A DNA stretch of 64,000 bases from Eledone cirrhosa. Taxonomy: Eukaryota. Positions 1 through 16,549 of the stretch are shown one piece after another (position 1 is the first letter of the stretch; each line of letters begins with the position of its first letter). The DNA lies in NCBI GenBank assembly GCA_964016885.1, contig OZ024742.1, positions 258,602,001-258,666,000 of the forward strand, read 5' to 3'. Both the position numbers and the translations under genes were made by a program. Under the pieces are notes generated by a model. That model saw only the letters and a list, made by a program, of their open reading frames with translations. It did not search any database and had not been told where the DNA came from.

Positions 1-614
1 TTATCTATATGTATTATGTAGTGAAAGTCAGGATCGATTATATATATATAACATATTAGAAAGTGTTTAATTACCGAACGATGTTTGTCCGTAACCGCAT
101 GTTGTAGCTGCAAACTATGACCAATGTTTTTTCTAAGATTATGGAAGGTTGAAATTACCAGAATAATTTTGCAGTAATTCTCTTAATAGTTGTTCTACCG
201 ACAGTCCTATTCTGATGTTAATATAATATATGCCTGTCATTAGTGCAACTATATTAACAGTTACTGAAATTATAATCACATTTATCCTCAATATCTATTT
301 TTTTTAGCTTTAATGTTATGAAATATATGGACGTAAATAATGGCTAAAATGATCTAGTATTTATCAGCGTTAATTTTATTAGGTTGCTTATATGTAACAT
401 CTTCTTTTACTAGGTACATGTAGCCACCCACTACTCTTATTGCTTCATGTAGCCAAACCATTATTTACAGACACCCACGTCAATACATGCATACATCATG
501 CACACACTTATACCCACACACACGCACACACACACATACACACGCGCATGCGCACACACCGCGCGCACACACACACACACACACAGGCACACACACATAC
601 GCGCAGGCACACAT

Positions 615-674
<60 letters not shown>

Positions 675-714
675 TTATTTCGAATTCTTTTACTACTGGT
701 GGTGGGGTTAGAAG

Positions 715-1530
715 GGGAGTAAGAAATTATATCAGAAAAGCCGCTGTTGCTGATGCAGTGTTGTAGTAGGATGTCACCCTATCAAAGTTGGCTTTCTTAG
801 AAAAATGTTAGAAGTCCTATCTGATAAAAAGTAGCTATTAGGTATTTTCTAAAATGCTCCAGGTTGACGTGGTATAAACATGAGGGAAATCTGACTCACA
901 CTGTATCTAAAATGTATAATCCTACCAAATCGCATACGTCAGCACTATCGAATGATTCCATTGAGACATTGAATAGTTATGAGGTAGTTGATTTTTTCTT
1001 TCTTTTTTTTCCAGGCTGTGCCATTACTGAAGAATACAGTTTTTCTGCAGTTTGTAATGTTCTGTCTATCCAAGTCATGAACGGGGGTGTAAGGGGTTGC
1101 GAATTTTAACGCTTCATCAAAGAGGGTCGCTGAGACCAACGGGTAAAAGTCCACTATATGGAACTGCGTGAATTTGGATTTTTGGGGTGCTGAAGGAATG
1201 GAACATCTTAATAACATCTTAATAACAGAGTCACTGTTCTCCCATTGGGACAGGTTGCATTTCATCCTAAAAGTCTTCACTATACCTCTAAGGATAGATT
1301 TGCTGACAAGCCCCATCTCTGTACGTGTTGAGTTTAGCAGTCTACAAATATGATTAGAAGCAAAATCGGTCATATGGTTCTTGAAGTTTAGAAAGGCCAC
1401 ACGCTTAGCTATGTATTTTAGTTTCCTATCTACACTAGGTGCTTGGCTGCTCTATTGATATTAATATAGTCTGTGAGGTCTGATGTTTTTATATTTCTAT
1501 GTTATAGTATGTTGTGCCAAGCGGTTGTAA
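715..1530 (-). mobile_element. Penelope-like retroelement RT fragment (Naiad-like), decayed
   Basis: ORF 945-1400 reads AFLNFKNH..CRLLNSTRTEMGLVSK..QWEN..FTQFHIVDFYP..NCRKTVFF..WKKK. After a frameshift, ESFDSADVCDLVGLYIL matches the PLE RT motif MGSYDGAEVCELVGLYIL. A thumb-like remnant continues to about 715. Confidence 0.85.
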
Positions 1531-1544
1531 GTAGTTTGGCCAAC

Positions 1545-1775
1545 TATATTTCACGTTGCTCCATGTTCATTCAGCTGTAGAAATGTGTTTCCACGTAATT
1601 GCTGCATGTATCGGCCATTGCTTTCACTGGCATGAAATGACTGACGTGAGTTGGGGAGTGACATGCATGGTTGAATTCTGGTCTTCCACAACCACAAAAT
1701 GCCCAGGCTTCTGCATCGAAGGGGAAATATCTAGGTATAAACGCATGGTCATTCGTGACAGACGCGGGCCTGCTA
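1545..1775 (+). mobile_element. SINE 3' fragment (CORE-type)
   Basis: ctatatttcacgttgctcc is shared with the SINE at 4373-4860 and is followed by SINE-like body sequence. Confidence 0.5.
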
Positions 1776-1796
1776 CGATATATATAATATATATAT

Positions 1797-4019
<2,223 letters not shown>

Positions 4020-4329
4020 TTGAGAAGTGACACACGAGTTGATATATATATTAGGAAAATAAGAAAATAAGTAGGAGATGCATAGAATAACAGAAACACA
4101 TTTTTTAAAAGTAATTTATCGTATCGGTTTCAGCCGATAATTGTTTTGGCTTCGTCATGCTACAGGAAATATGATAAAAATTATATAATAAAATTAAGGT
4201 GTATATTAATTAGAAGAGAGTATTAGAGAACATAGTTTACATATATATAAAAAAGTTCACAGTTTCGTTACTTCCGAATTCAACATACGAAGCGATTTCT
4301 GCCTTAAATTTAATATTTATACACTACTA

Positions 4330-4370
<41 letters not shown>

Positions 4371-4372
4371 GT

Positions 4373-4576
4373 GAAGGCGCGTCACTGAGTGGTTACAGCA
4401 TTGGAATCGAATCGTGAGTTAGATTCCACGACTGGGCGATGCATTATATCCTTGGGCAAGGCACTATATTTCACGTTGCTCCTTCTTCCTGGAGTTGCGA
4501 CCGATAGAGAATATTTACAATTATACGAATGGAAACATTGTTTCCTCGGTCCAATTTGACGACAGTCGCTTGACTG

Positions 4577-4655
<79 letters not shown>

Positions 4656-4860
4656 CAAGCTGCATTCCATAGACATGTGGATTCCCAGGAACATTCAGCG
4701 GGTCACAAGTTGGTAAAATGCCGGCTCCTCTAATTACCGGTACAAATAATTTCTTTTTACAGCGAATTTGATGAGACAAGGTGAAATAAATTATCTACCT
4801 CAGGGACACAAGTCTCCTTGCTGTCTGGTTTTGAACACGTAAACGAACAACCAACAGGAC
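4373..4860 (+). mobile_element. tRNA-derived CORE-type SINE interrupted by (CA)n(TA)n
   Basis: ggcgcgtcactgagtggtta (A-box-like), gagttagattcc (B-box-like), then ccttgggcaaggcact (CORE-like). Microsatellite at 4579-4652. Confidence 0.6.
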
Positions 4861-6089
4861 TATTGAACACAATTGGGATTTCCTTATTCATTATAATTTA
4901 AAACCTTATTTTGTGTCAGTTATTAGATCAGTTGTATTGATATTCCTGTTGTGTCACCGGCCCGACAAAGAGACGTCATTTCCCTAAGTGATTGCAAAGA
5001 TCGATGCGCTGAAAGAAACAATGTATTTTGTTGGTGATATTAATGCCGCCATTGTTTAACTTCCTCGTAGATATAACAGTTGAAATATAGCCAGTTAATA
5101 AAATTAACTCTTTCAATTCATAGATAAAAGCTATTAAATCAGTATATATCAGTTACAAAGACATAGTCGATATCTTGAGAAAGTGTCATCCGTTTATTTA
5201 AAGTGATAATACCTTTTACTTCTATATAAAAAATATTATTTGACAGGGACACATTAATATTGAGTAAAGTCATGTTAAGTGTGATTTAATTCAGCAAACC
5301 TATAGAGTCTGATATACGAAATCATAACTAGTTTGGGCAAGTGCTCAAATAGTATTATCGTTACTGAATAAGTGAAAACAATCAGAACGACATGGATAAT
5401 TCTACCGCATAATACAATCATTCTTGTATCCTCATACAAAAGGTATTTCAGTGCACTATCATTTTCAAGTTCTGCTTGTAAATTCAGGAAAAAGTTCGGT
5501 GATTATAGAGAGTAAAATGACTGAAGTTTATTTAGCCTCGTGTTTATCGCACACTAACATTACTGTCATATTAGATTAACTCAGATGTCAATCATCCTTA
5601 CCAACTTTGTAACAAGTATGTCCAAAGTATTATCGTAAGAGAAACTTGAAAACCTTGCATTTATCGTCTACAATAGTGGGTTAGTCAATTATAGATAAAC
5701 AAAGGACACTTGTCACTGTGTATAAGAAATTCAGTTTAGTATAGGCACTATAGCATATATATCCTTTCGTGAATAAGCTCAAAAATTATTTTAATTCGTA
5801 ATTGAGTAATTTGACATAAATCCTCATTCAGATATATCCCAAATACACTTGAATGTATCAGTGAACACTCTTTATTTTAAATAGACTTACTCTATCACAT
5901 TTATTACGATAGTGTATATATTCTATTCTATTCTATTATAATGCATTGAACGAAATATGACTAGAATGTTCCGTACTTTGAACAACTAGTGCATTCATCA
6001 TCGGAACCAAAGAGCATTCAATCCATGCTATGTTATACGGCGGCAATTTACCAAATGTTAAAACATCTGTTTAAATGCCTTGTATTTGT

Positions 6090-6170
6090 TCCGCCAATTT
6101 GGGATCTCAGTTCAAATCCAACCAGGTTAACTTCAATTTTTCTCCTTTCAGTAGAAGAATATATTTTACA
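6090..6170 (+). mobile_element. tRNA-SINE remnant (33462 family)
   Basis: ctcagttcaaatccaaccaggttaacttcaatttttctcctttc resembles the family core. Confidence 0.55.
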
Positions 6171-7275
6171 ACTGGATAACCGGGAATTTGTCAAATACAT
6201 ACTGTAGTGCTCTCAAGCTTGTGTATTCTATCAAATGTGTGTCAATCGTTGCACCAGCTGTCCGTAAGACAATTGATGTCGGCACTACGTACCTAAAAGG
6301 TCTAATGCTCGTGGTTAATTTGCATTCATATAAAATGTTTGTTTTCGGAAAGCATCAAATATACAGTGACCTGTTTAGCGGGGTTCTATATTTTCACCCT
6401 GTGTTTTCTGAGGGGATCGCGTTTATGGCGAAAAATAATGTCGCCGCTTATAGCTGGGTCTGGGCATATACTATCACGTTTATTGCTAAGGGCTCCATGA
6501 TTTGCAGCATTGTTTGCGTTTGTTTATGTTTTTCTTTTTGAACTATGTATGCTTTTATTTAGGCTCCGTATCTTTTCTGGCTAATTTGTTTTGTCCCAGA
6601 GAAAGAAAATTCAGCAGTAAGTGTATTGAATATTCTGTTGTACCTATGAATACATGTGTCTATTCTATTAAAGAAAAAGCTATAAAGTTTTGTTTTGTGA
6701 TCAGCAGGATTATGTGAGTTATAACATACCACGTTACCTAATCTAGATATGTTGTTAACATATTTTCAATTATTACGTATTTTTACTAGTTTTGGCTGGT
6801 AATTTAAGTTAGATATTGGAGGGACAATGATTCTGGGAACTATGTTGATATTTTATGTTGGGTTATTTCTAGTGCCAGTTAACTATATTCCTTCCTGTCA
6901 GTTGGGTTGGTGTGTGCGACAAGGTCTGTATTTTGTGGTCATGTTGGTTCTAAGGGCGGGCCCCAGGCAACTTAATTCGCCTGTTGTTCGCTATCCGAGT
7001 CCGATTCCTCAGTTTTCTTTCAGGTATCTTGTCCGATTGCAGTGTTTACTCTTTCTTTTGTTTGCATTGATTATATGTGCGTGGGGGTCTGTATAGATAC
7101 AAATAGGCTCCTACTATAATATGGCAAGTATACCCGTGCGCTCATGGATCCCAAAAGACGCTCAATGAGTGAATGGTGCCTATGCGTCGCTTTTTTCCGA
7201 GTTTCCCGTGACCATTATATGCCCTACGTGCTTTTTTAAGGGTCTACACACATAAACACACACTCTCATAAATAT

Positions 7276-7361
<86 letters not shown>

Positions 7362-7368
7362 TTGTATA

Positions 7369-7399
<31 letters not shown>

Positions 7400-8507
7400 G
7401 CATACATATATCCTTGCGAAATTGATTGAGATTAAAAGGAGTACTCAATTACCCGAATCGCGTTTAAATATTCTAAAGTGGTGAGTCCTGTTAATTTAGT
7501 GGTTCACCTGTCTAATCATAGGATCATCAGACACGTCATTTGATATAACATGGAACTGTGTTACAAGAAGTATCGACAGTGCGATAACCAGGATGGTAAA
7601 ACAAATGTTAATACTAAGGTTGGAAGATTTGATCACCTTTTGGTTCGTAACTCTTTATTATAGCTACAATGAATCTCACTATGCATTCAGTAAATCCCTG
7701 ATATTATATTGTATGGAAGTTTCCTGTCAATGAACTAAAATATCTAAAGGGCTGGGAATGTTCCAAACATTAAGGCATTAGAAAAGATCGATGATTTCAC
7801 AAAACTAGCTGATTCTAAATAATCCATATGTTTAATTTAAAATATCCCCTAGTATAAAATATCAATATAACATGTTAAAACCCAAGGGGGAAGGTTAACC
7901 AGTCTGTTGATTCCGATGTGGAGTTAGTACAAGCCTTTGATAGCGGGTGCAGCAATCTTAACCCTTAGGAAAGAGCACTTTGGAACAAAAGATAGCATCT
8001 TTCGGAGACATTGTTTATGCAATCTCGAAGGACGCCTATTGAGTAAGTCAGTGAAAAGACCTCCTCAGAAATCCAGACGTCAGTGGGAGTTGTATAGCAT
8101 CCCAGAAAAAGGATATCAAGTAACAGATGAATGTTGCCTAACATTTGAGAATTGAAAGGTATACTAAGAGAAATTACTCTGAGTCGTCAAGGTGGTAGTG
8201 TTGGTGGTGGAGGTCACACAGTTGCTGTTTCACAGTTACCATGACTATTAACGTTAATTTTCAATAAAACACCAGAATTTATTTAAATATAAGATTAAAA
8301 GCAGAGCCAACGAAAACATGTTCTAGACGAACCTTACCGATTCAAGTGCATCACAAGTCTCCGATATTCAAGTAGCTAATAGGTGTTAGCAGGAAGCCAC
8401 CCATGATTCATGATCTATATGCGGCCCAGCTCCGTTAGAGTGTAAGGAGTGAAGGGGCGAAACATTTAAATGAAGAAATGTTTCTTCTATGAAGTCTTTC
8501 AGCTTCA

Positions 8508-8538
<31 letters not shown>

Positions 8539-8542
<4 letters not shown>

Positions 8543-9758
8543 AAAATTGAACGGGAACAAAACAGAGAGGCAGTACGAACAAAGGTTATTAATTTCACGC
8601 TCTTGAGAATGGGGTGGTGGTGGGGAACGACGTTTCGGGCATAAGCCCTTCTTCAGGTGTAAAGTGTGTGGGAAGAGAGTTCAAAGGGTATGTAGGGGAG
8701 TGGTGGAGAGACATATAGCAAAAAGGGGGTGAGAGGAAACGGTGCAAATGAAATTAAAAATAAAGGCATGATCAAATTAAAATTAAAATGGGGTAAAACA
8801 GGTGGTGAAAGAGTGTGGGGCGTGTAGGGCTGGTGGTGGGTGGAGTGGCGAGAGGGAGACGGGGTGTCCGAGCGGGGAGGGCTGAAGGTGGTGTGTGTGG
8901 GTGTACGTGTGTGTGTGTGTATGTATGTGAAAGCAAGGGTTGGGGGAAGAACGGGGTTGCATGTTCAGGAAGAGGTGTGTGTGTGAGGTGGGGTGTAGGT
9001 CGGAGTGTGTGTGCGTGTGTGGATAGAGGGGTGGGGGGAGAGGATTCCGGAGACTGAATGTGTAAATATGTGGTGGTAGGCACGTGTGTGTGTGGTGTTT
9101 ATGCGTGTTGTGGATGTAGGTGGCGTGTGGGAAAAAAAGTTTTTTTGGGTGTATGTCTGGGGTTAGTCGTAAAGGTAATTCCGTAAAAAGATGTGGTGGA
9201 ATGCTGAGTAAAATCCTTGGGATGCGGTAGATTCTCGGGATCAAGGTTCACATATGTGTAATCCGTCAAGAGATTGGTCGGAAGAGGGGAGATGTGGGGT
9301 GCGCGCGCAACAGGAAGTGGTCAGAGGGTCAAGGCAGGAGGAGGGTTTTGTGTCTGTGTGTGCGGGGAGGTGGTCAGAGAGGCATAGCAGCACTAGGGTA
9401 GAATGGTAAGTGAAGAAAGTCGGTGTGACAGTGTGTGCGGAGGTGCGGTGGATAGAGGAGAGGATGGGTAAGTGTGAAAGTTGGAGTGAGGAGGGTGTGT
9501 GTGTGCATTAGTAGAGGTGTTAGTGGGATGTGTGAGTGTTTAAGAAAGGGTGTGGATGGAGCGGGGAGAGTAGGGTGTGGGATCGATGGTGGGAGTGTAG
9601 TGTACTGGTGTGTGTGTATGGTGAAGGGGGTGTTAGTGGGTGTTAGTATACTGGAGGGGGAGAAAGGGTTGAATGCGGGTGTGAGTGGGGGTCAGTTGTG
9701 GTAGGATGTGTAGTGTGGGTGGTGTAAGAGGGTGTGTGTGTTCGTGTGCGTAGGGTTG
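8539..9758 (-). mobile_element. PLE pseudo-LTR/3' remnant with G/T-rich low-complexity body
   Basis: Starts at a (TA)n run and carries a minimal hammerhead core about 90 bp in; the remainder is G-rich degenerate sequence. Confidence 0.5.
8626..8660 (-). ncRNA. Minimal hammerhead ribozyme core
   Basis: Minus strand: CTGAAGA-AGGGC-TTAT-GCCC-GAAAC-GTCG. Stem II is perfect; stem I is not evident. Confidence 0.65.
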
Positions 9759-10742
9759 ACGCACCAGTTGCTTTCACTCCAATATATTATAAATTTAAGA
9801 ATTTATAAATTTTCGGTTGGTTGGTTGGTTCCACAACCGGACGGTTGTTCATATATTGTCAAAGTTATTTCGTCACATATTCTGTGACCTCTTCAGTGAC
9901 TGGGGATTCTTCTCTTTGTTTTATGCCTCTCCTTTGTTCTGTCCTACACCATCTTGTTTTTGTGTGTGTTGTGTGCTTAGTTTGCGCATGTGTTACATCC
10001 GGGTGACGGGTGTGTTATTTGTTTATCTATTTGTTTATTTACATGTTACTGGTTGGTTGTTTGTTCTGTGTGTGTGTGTTTTCATTTTGTCCTTAATTGT
10101 AAGTTGTGATGTTGCTATTCCATTTATGTTTTCTATTTAATTTTGGTTGGAGTTCATTTATGTTTATTGCTTCTGTGATTTCATTGCGTCTTTTCTGTGT
10201 GTAGATTTTATTTTTATTTCTATGTTCTCTAATTTGTCCTTTTGTTCTATTTTAGCATGTTGGTGGAGTACTGATGAATCTTTTCTATCTTGAAGCTCTC
10301 GCCAGTGTTCACTTAATCGTTTTCCTATACTACGAGCTGTCTCACCTATGTACACTATATTCTTATCGTTACATTGTCCTTCAGTACATCTTATGCTATA
10401 TACTATATTTCTAGTTTTACACTTAATATGGGGGCTTAGTTTACAGATTTATTATCTATAGAGGGAGGTCTTTGAAAAGGGTATATATTACTAATAAGTG
10501 TTTTTTTTATGGAGATACCAGGTGTTTCTACTATCTTAATATTTAGTTTAAGTTTATATAGGGCCCTTCTAAATTTGTAAGCTAATTCACCTCTAGGGGT
10601 TGTATTGATGAACATTACACTCTGGTATTTATTGCTATCATACCATGAGTTTTTTCTATTAACCTTATTCCTAGTTCTCTCTATTCTATTCCAAAATGTG
10701 CTTCTATACAAGGGGCAGATCCCATTTGTATCATTATTTAAC
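9759..10742 (-). mobile_element. PLE 3' part with GIY-YIG endonuclease (same family as 59438-60995)
   Basis: SVMFINTTPRGELA..IKIVETPG..YPFQRPP, then IVYSIRC..YIGETARSIGKRLSEH..SVLHQH. Collinear with 59930-60960 in the opposite orientation. Confidence 0.9.
9858..9900 (-). ncRNA. Hammerhead ribozyme motif in PLE pseudo-LTR
   Basis: gtca-CTGAAGA-G-GTCACA-gaata-TGTGAC-GAAA-taac-tt-tgac. Stem I gtca/tgac and a 6-bp stem II. A degenerate paralogue lies at about 60801-60845 (+). Confidence 0.7.
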
Positions 10743-10767
10743 AGAAGAAGAATAAGAAGAATAAGAA

Positions 10768-10798
<31 letters not shown>

Positions 10799-10850
10799 AA
10801 GAAGAAGAAGAAGAAGAAGAAGAAGAAGAAGAAGAAGAAGAAGAAGAAGA
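10743..10850. repeat. (AGA)n trinucleotide microsatellite
   Basis: Direct reading; produces the poly-L/poly-R ORF artefacts. Confidence 0.95.
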
Positions 10851-11269
10851 TTGTCTTTGTTACAATTTGCAAAATTCAAAAGTACGTGTATGTTTCTTTA
10901 TATGTGTGTGTAGCTAGTTCCAGATAAATTTACAATAAGAACACCAAACATTGTAATAATTATTTTTATTACCATTAACCCCTTAACATTACTATCATAA
11001 TTACAACTACAATGCTAATGATCCAATCCACAAAATTAACATGACTTGTACATAACTGTACGTTGTGTAGAGGGTTATGTATGCGGGCATATGTGCATTC
11101 GTTTGTTATGGTTTAGTATTTAGCATGGTACACGTATATATTTTCTTTATTTTGAATAAATATATTTTCATTTATTTATCCCTGTCTGGTCAATGCGTGT
11201 CCGTGTGTGTCTAGCAATGTTGATTTATTTCTGTCTCTGTTGGGGTACAGAGGATTATATGATAGTGTA

Positions 11270-11560
11270 ATAATTGTTTCTACTTTTGGCACAATGCCAG
11301 CAATTACCCAGTAGATTACTGGTACTTTATTTTATCGACCTTGTAAGGATGAAAGGCAAAGTTAACCTCGGCGGGATTTGATAGAGTAATAATAATTGGC
11401 AACAACAAAGCATTAATAATTGTTTCTACTTTTGGTACAAGGCCAGCAATTAAACAGTACATTACTGGTACTTTATTTTATCGAACCCGTAAGGATGAAA
11501 GGCAAAGTTAACCACGGCGGGACTTGAACTCAGATCGTAAAGGGATGTACGGATACTGCC
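11270..11560 (-). mobile_element. Two tandem truncated tRNA-SINE copies
   Basis: aataattgtttctacttttggcacaa..attactggtactttattttatcga..aggatgaaaggcaaagttaacc..ggga occurs twice (11270-11380 and 11415-11560). Confidence 0.85.
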
Positions 11561-13181
11561 AAATAATGATGCTAATAACTACATTAACAAAGTGAAGAAT
11601 GTTACGTGTTCGTGTGTGTTGAGATTGTTAGAGTCTATACAGACATGGTTTGTATTCTTGAATAAATATATGTACCTTCTTTATTAGTGTTTGATCTGTT
11701 GTATTATCTGCACAACGGTATAATGGGAAAACCTGGAATTTGGTGGACTTGTTCATTGCACAGAATTCTAAAGGCTCACTTGCGCGCACGCATGTGTCTC
11801 TCTGTGTGTGTGAGTGGGTATGAGTGCGTGTGCATGTGTGTTTGTGTGTGATTTTACAACAAATATCATCATTTAGTATCTAAAAGAATTTATTTTACTC
11901 TTCAGCGTGGCCGAATATAAAAACTGACGTGAACACCACCCAGTGCCTGTGATGATATTGACAGCATCACACAAATCATAAAATTTCAGTTAAATAAATT
12001 TGCGCTCTCAAAACATTAGAAATATAGCAAGGTAACGCTATACCAGCACACACATCCCCCCCCCCCCCCACATATATATATATATATATATGATGTTTTT
12101 CTGATGGAAACTGTGTTGTTTGGGCACGATAATGAAGAAGAATAACGTAGAAAGAAACAGGAAACTATAGAAGAGGAGGCGGCCATGATAAATATTTGCA
12201 TTGTTGAATCAGCAAGCTGGCAGCCAATATTGGTCAAATAATAATCAGGTTTTTCTGGCTAAAACAACCAAACAAATTTTGCATTCTGCTTGTGTTGTTG
12301 ATACAATTCTGACAATTTAGAAAAGTGATGTCTTTATTTTAACGATCGGTTTCTGCAAATATTCTATTGGCCATGTCAAGACCGAAGAAAAACAAAGAAA
12401 TACCCTCGTATAATAATAGAGAAAATGATAGACATCGAATTTAATGGAATTACGCTTGACGTTATAGATAGCGGCTATGTTGAGTGGGTATAAGGTTTAA
12501 TAAAGACACAAAATAAATTAAAGCTAAGACACATATATAAATGATGGTATGAATAATAGAATGAATATCTTTGAAATGAGCTAGCGTAATAGCTGCGGAT
12601 GTTTGAGAAATAATATCGTGTTTGTATACGTGTGTGTGTGTGTCAGTGACTGTGTCTGTTTGTGTGAGTATGTATGTGTGTCCGTTTCAGGCAAAGGGAA
12701 GGCGGATTCAAACTGGTGTTCGAACAAATATAATGACTGATTGAAAAGACAATTCCAACCTCTAGCTATTGATGCTTTTTGATAGAAAAACAAATCTGAT
12801 TTAAAGAAAACGTCTGAGAGTGAAATATAATTTCTATATAGGTCAGGTTACATTGAGCTGAAAGGTGTCCAGGGTCTGTTTGTCCTCGCACTAATGAGAT
12901 CATTTCACGCTGAGGAACTATTAAACTCATTCTTATGAATAAAGAAAATCGAACAATAAAGACATATATTGCTGAGATTCCAGTCTACTTCCGGTGAATT
13001 GTGTTTCTTCCCTTTAACACACCAGTTTATTTAATCAATTGAAAACAATATACCTATGGCGGTTCAGCAACCTGACTAGTCACTAAACCTTTTTGCAGAA
13101 TTGATGAACATTTATATAGATATACAAAGACACAAATACACATAGATTCATACATAAATATACATTCATACAGACACATAA

Positions 13182-13252
<71 letters not shown>

Positions 13253-13257
<5 letters not shown>

Positions 13258-13712
13258 AAATGGGGAGAAGAATACTGCTGGTTGCACATGGATAACATGT
13301 AATAAAATAATATAAGTCCCTCATCAGTGATTTGCCGACGATCATAGATATTTCATTGCATTAAAAATCATATACCTCACGTCGGTGCAATAATAACTAA
13401 ATTAAGTTATTAGGACAATTAAAACGCGTAAAGCGAGTGAGACAGGAGAACAACAAAGAGTATAGCTAACCGTAGAAGGAAGGGAACAAGCTTCATAGTT
13501 ATTCTGTTAGCATAAGCTAGGTGAATATATGAGCGCTTAGAAAATAGACCTTTCAGCAGCGAATTCAAATGTGAGTGAGAAAGAAAATGATTTCGTTGCG
13601 AACGGGGTGAAGTGAGAAGAGGAGAAACAGTGAGTGAGTGAGTGGAAGTATGAGGAAGAGTTAACGGACATGACAGAGGGGGCGAAAGAAAGTAGGAGAA
13701 ACAGGGGGAGCA

Positions 13713-13752
<40 letters not shown>

Positions 13753-14090
13753 AAACAGAAGCGCTGTATAGGTAAATATACGTGAAAAAATGGGGAGAAG
13801 AATACTGCTGGTTGCTTATGGATAACATGTAATAAAATAATATAAGTCCCTCATCAGTGATTTGCCGACGATCATGGATATTTCATTGCATTAAAAATCA
13901 TATACCTCACGTCGGTGCAATAATAACTAAATTAAGTTATTAGGACAATTAAAACGCGTAAAGCGAGTGAGACGAGATAACAACAAAGAGGATAGCTAAC
14001 CGTAGAACGAAGGGAACAAGCTTCATAGTTATTCTGTTAGCATAAGCTAGGTGAATATATGAGCGCTTAGAAAATAGACCTTTCAGCAGC

Positions 14091-14094
<4 letters not shown>
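13253..14094. repeat. Direct-repeat pair (~312 bp) with purine-rich spacer, flanked by (TA)n
   Basis: 13253-13564 is nearly identical to 13783-14094 (offset 530). The spacer contains (GA)n. Confidence 0.9.
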
Positions 14095-14151
<57 letters not shown>

Positions 14152-14944
14152 CACATACATATATATATACACATACATACAAATACACAAACGCACAAAC
14201 ACACACACACAGACAGACACACACACGCATATGTTTCGTTCTGCCTGGATTTTCGACGAGCCGATATTATTAGCAATTGGAAAGAAAATCTGAAACATTG
14301 TTTCCACGTTTCAATTTGCGAGCTCCACTCAAATCATTAAGCGAGTGATGTCTGAGATCTTGTCGATCGACGATCGATATATGCCTGGACCGCTGGCCGC
14401 GTGTTGGTTCTTAGCCATTTTGAATTCATTTCTGGCGAGGATCATGGTAGAAAACTTACTCCAGACTGGGGTCTCTCCTCATGAGTTCCAAGACTCATGG
14501 ATAAATCCAAGATCGGGTATATCCAGAAAATGGAACGAAACAACCGGTAGTCAGGACTAGGGGAATTTTGGTAGGGTGTATGTGCATTTTTTCTTCAAAC
14601 TTCTATTTTGTACCTAACTCCGTGTAGTTAATTATTTGTCTAGTCAATTTCTACAGGCTAAAAGAAATAAGTGGATAAATTGTATATGGCTGTACATCGC
14701 GGAAGATAGTTTATATCATTTGTGTATTATTTTTCCATTTTAAACTTATAGCCTCGTATAAGATATTTAGAACGTTGGTTTGAGACCTTTATTTCCCTTT
14801 GAAGAAGAGATATTATCTCGAAAATTAAGGACATTTAAATAAATCTAAGGTAAAGGACGAATTGTCAACAATATCTTTTACAATTGGATTCTTTTTTCTA
14901 TGTCCATACCTGCATTGTTTTGGCTTTATTACACATATTCAAAT

Positions 14945-14984
<40 letters not shown>

Positions 14985-14991
<7 letters not shown>

Positions 14992-15352
14992 TATGTACAC
15001 GTACATACATATATGTATACAGACGTACAGTAGTATGTATATATACATACATGCACACATATATATATGTACGTATGGATTCACCGAACATTTATTATAA
15101 TGCTCGGTGTGTTTGTAAACAAGCATCCCGTATTAAGCCGTAGTGTCTAGCAACCATCGTTGCTCATTTGTTCAACACTGACAAAGGAACCCAGCCATAC
15201 GTACATATATATATATGTGTGCATGTATGTATATATATATACATACTACTGTACGTCTGTATACATATATGTATGTACGTGTACATACTTATATTTAATA
15301 ACGGCCGTACTAAGAGTGGGAAATGAAATTTCGTTTCATTTTTTCCGTTTAT
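14985..15352. repeat. Inverted-arm + tail mini element
   Basis: Arms ~14985-15078 and ~15196-15292, tail 15293-15352. Related pieces lie at 42721-42890 and 50682-50742. Confidence 0.75.
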
Positions 15353-15363
15353 ATATATTTATA

Positions 15364-15457
<94 letters not shown>

Positions 15458-15465
15458 AATGTATA

Positions 15466-16427
15466 TACGAGCAGCAGTACCCGGCGTTGCACGGGGTAGA
15501 AAACGTGAAATAGCAACACGCATATGCAAAGATTTAGCAATGTAGCTATGTACCTTTTGAATTCCCTTAATCTCAGGGAATGATTGAGGAGTGACGTAGT
15601 CAATTGTGTGAAAACCAAGTAGGGATGTACGTTTAAGTAGGGATATTGAGATGACGAAATCAACGTGGCATCGCAGCTGCAGAAGGAGGGGGTTATAGTG
15701 CAATTAGCACAAACGCTGGGCGGCACTGGTTGCACAGCATTTACACAGCGGAATTAGCACAGCCACTGTTCGGCGAACTTGCGCAAGCTGTTTATGCTGT
15801 GTTGCAGGTGCAATAAAGGTAGTTTTAGTAGAAGTAGCACAGACGTGAATTTTACGGTGTCAATAATACGGCAACTTACACAGTGCCATTATTTGCGCGT
15901 GATGAAAGCACGAAGCGTCAACAGAGCGCCAACAAATATTTTAAGGTCCTCCTCATTTCCTCAATCCCCCGAAAATGGTACTGCTTAAAAGTAAGCGTTG
16001 TGTCCTCTGTTAAATAAACCCAATTTTTAACGAAATATTATACGCTACTTACGATGTTGAAGTATTGTTTATATTGAAAATAAAAATGGCATTTAATGCC
16101 AAATGCTAATTCGTAAATTTCCTAGAAACAATTAATGGAATCGGAAATTCTTTTCATCAACAGCGATGCGAGGGTACTAACTAATTTTAGCTGCAAATTT
16201 CGAGGAGATCGGCTGGATTATCTTTAAGTTACACCTCAATACACACTAAACATGCCTTTAAAACGCGTCTTTTCCCTAATGTGGGTCCCAGGGCAGAAAT
16301 AGCTAAAATATTTTAAGCCCCTTACACTTCAACAAATATAAATACGCATGTGTAAAGTTTGAAAAAAATCGGTCGGGTACTTCTCAAAGCTTAGGGATTT
16401 AGAGAGACAGACAGACAGGCATCCTCT

Positions 16428-16435
<8 letters not shown>
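15466..16435 (-). mobile_element. Non-autonomous Helitron
   Basis: Minus strand begins tatatataaacagaggatgcctgtctgtctgtc and ends in the hairpin cccgtgcaacgccggg followed by tactgctgCTCG|t (a CTAG-like end). No ORF. Confidence 0.7.
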
Positions 16436-16476
<41 letters not shown>

Positions 16477-16495
16477 TTATTCCGGGTTCAATCGG

Positions 16496-16548
<53 letters not shown>

Positions 16549-16549
<1 letters not shown>

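Noticed and set aside
440-766. ORFs rich in YI/HT/CV repeats (here and dozens more across the window)
   Set aside because: They are translations of (TA)n, (CA)n and (GA)n microsatellites, not genes.
4115-4162. Hammerhead-like ATGACGA-AGCC..GGCT-GAAAC (-); similar weak cases at 14798-14826 and ~23998-24045
   Set aside because: Core positions are mutated and stems I and III are unconvincing; at most decayed remnants.
8772-9704. Pro/His-rich and Gly/Val-rich ORFs
   Set aside because: Low-complexity G/T-biased sequence that is open in several frames, with no domain signal.
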